DNA of 64,000 nt from Fistulifera solaris (taxonomy: Eukaryota). Each line of letters begins with the position of its first letter. Position 1 is the stretch's first letter. The position numbers and the translations under genes are program-made. Shown one piece after another: positions 63,128-64,000 of this stretch. The DNA lies in assembly GCA_030295235.1 (NCBI GenBank), contig AP026140.1:868001-932000 (forward strand), in the 5' to 3' direction. The notes under the pieces are model-generated. The model ran no database searches. It was not told the origin of the DNA and saw nothing but the letters and a program-made list of their open reading frames with translations.

Positions 63128-63802
63128 AATAAATACGTGTTACCGATCGCTTGTGCGTCGCACAGTTGTTCAGCGTATGACTACTTTTTTATCGTTCATC
63201 ATCACCGTTTTGCTGATAACCATTCATGCGGTCTTAATAAATAGATTGCGTTATGAATTATGAACTACTCCGAGATGCGAATGTCATGCAAAGAAAAAAA
63301 AAAAGAAAAAGGAGCTCATTTGTTTAGGGTTCGAGGTCACCACGGAAAAGGTTACTATCCGCCAGAATGTAGATTACCTTTTTCACTAACCCAGAATGTA
63401 CTCCACCCAATCACAGTCGTTCAGAATGTTCTTGCCAGCCGACTTTCGGCCAAAAAGGAAAAGTAGAAAAACGCCAACCGAACGAGTGAGCCACATAAAT
63501 GGACAAGGCTCCGATGAGGAAAAGACCTACAATTAATATATCATCATCATCATCGAACGGGTCGGCAAAGATGGCTTGCACGGCAAATGCGATCGTCTGT
63601 AAAGAATTCATGGCTGTATATATAAAGATGGCGATTGTGTGACGCTCGATAACGAGATCAATTGCCCCTGGTCGATGATGATTCGCATGATGCGAATCAT
63701 TGCAATTCGCATGGAAGGAAATTCGACTACGATGATTCAGAAAACAGTTCCTCAAAATTGAATTTTTTGTGTCAAAATTCATAATCAGAAAGATATTACA
63801 CC

Positions 63803-64000
63803 ATGGGATTGATTCCATCAAAAGACAGCTCAACTTCCTTCGAAGCATTTGTCGAGCAACTCCCCGATCTACAAGGCAAAATTATTGCTATTACGGGTTG
63901 TACGACCGGTTTGGGCTATGTATTTGCCGAAACGTGCGTGAAAAAGAATGCAGATACAGTTCTTTTGTTGAATCGCCCGTCGGAGCGTGCGGACCAAGCC
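63803..64000 (+). CDS. Short-chain dehydrogenase, tandem copy 3 (5' part only; runs off the window)
   Basis: In frame: MGLIPSKDSSTSFEAFVEQLPDLQGKIIAITGCTTGLGYVFA. Confidence 0.9.
   Translation, partial: MGLIPSKDSSTSFEAFVEQLPDLQGKIIAITGCTTGLGYVFAETCVKKNADTVLLLNRPSERADQA

Overview
This is a gene-dense eukaryotic nuclear contig that looks like a pennate diatom or related stramenopile: short GT-AG introns, signal peptide plus 'AF' bipartite plastid presequences, and diatom-type split HMG boxes. The species cannot be determined from the sequence. It holds about 36 protein genes, including RPS7, POLA2, TruB, SMC2, VAC14, SF3A2, the FTR catalytic subunit, adenylate kinase, PEX12, an ACT-domain kinase, SPOUT1, a papain protease, SirB/CbiX, CAP-D3, glutaminase, two GH125 and three SDR copies. 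There is also one tRNA-Lys(UUU) and a 183-bp MULE-like MITE. Many genes are broken by 1-nt indels in homopolymer runs, most likely assembly errors. I see no clearly novel multi-gene system. The best leads are: an intact GH125 paralogue that has selectively lost active-site motifs; an over-represented intergenic TACCTGGTA motif; seven TCATAA copies just downstream of an HMG-box gene; a MITE with an 11-bp target-site duplication in a palindromic site; a glutaminase-TerB-like fusion; and a same-position +1 shift in two tandem SDRs. All family assignments come from motif recognition, not database searches, and exon boundaries were read by eye.
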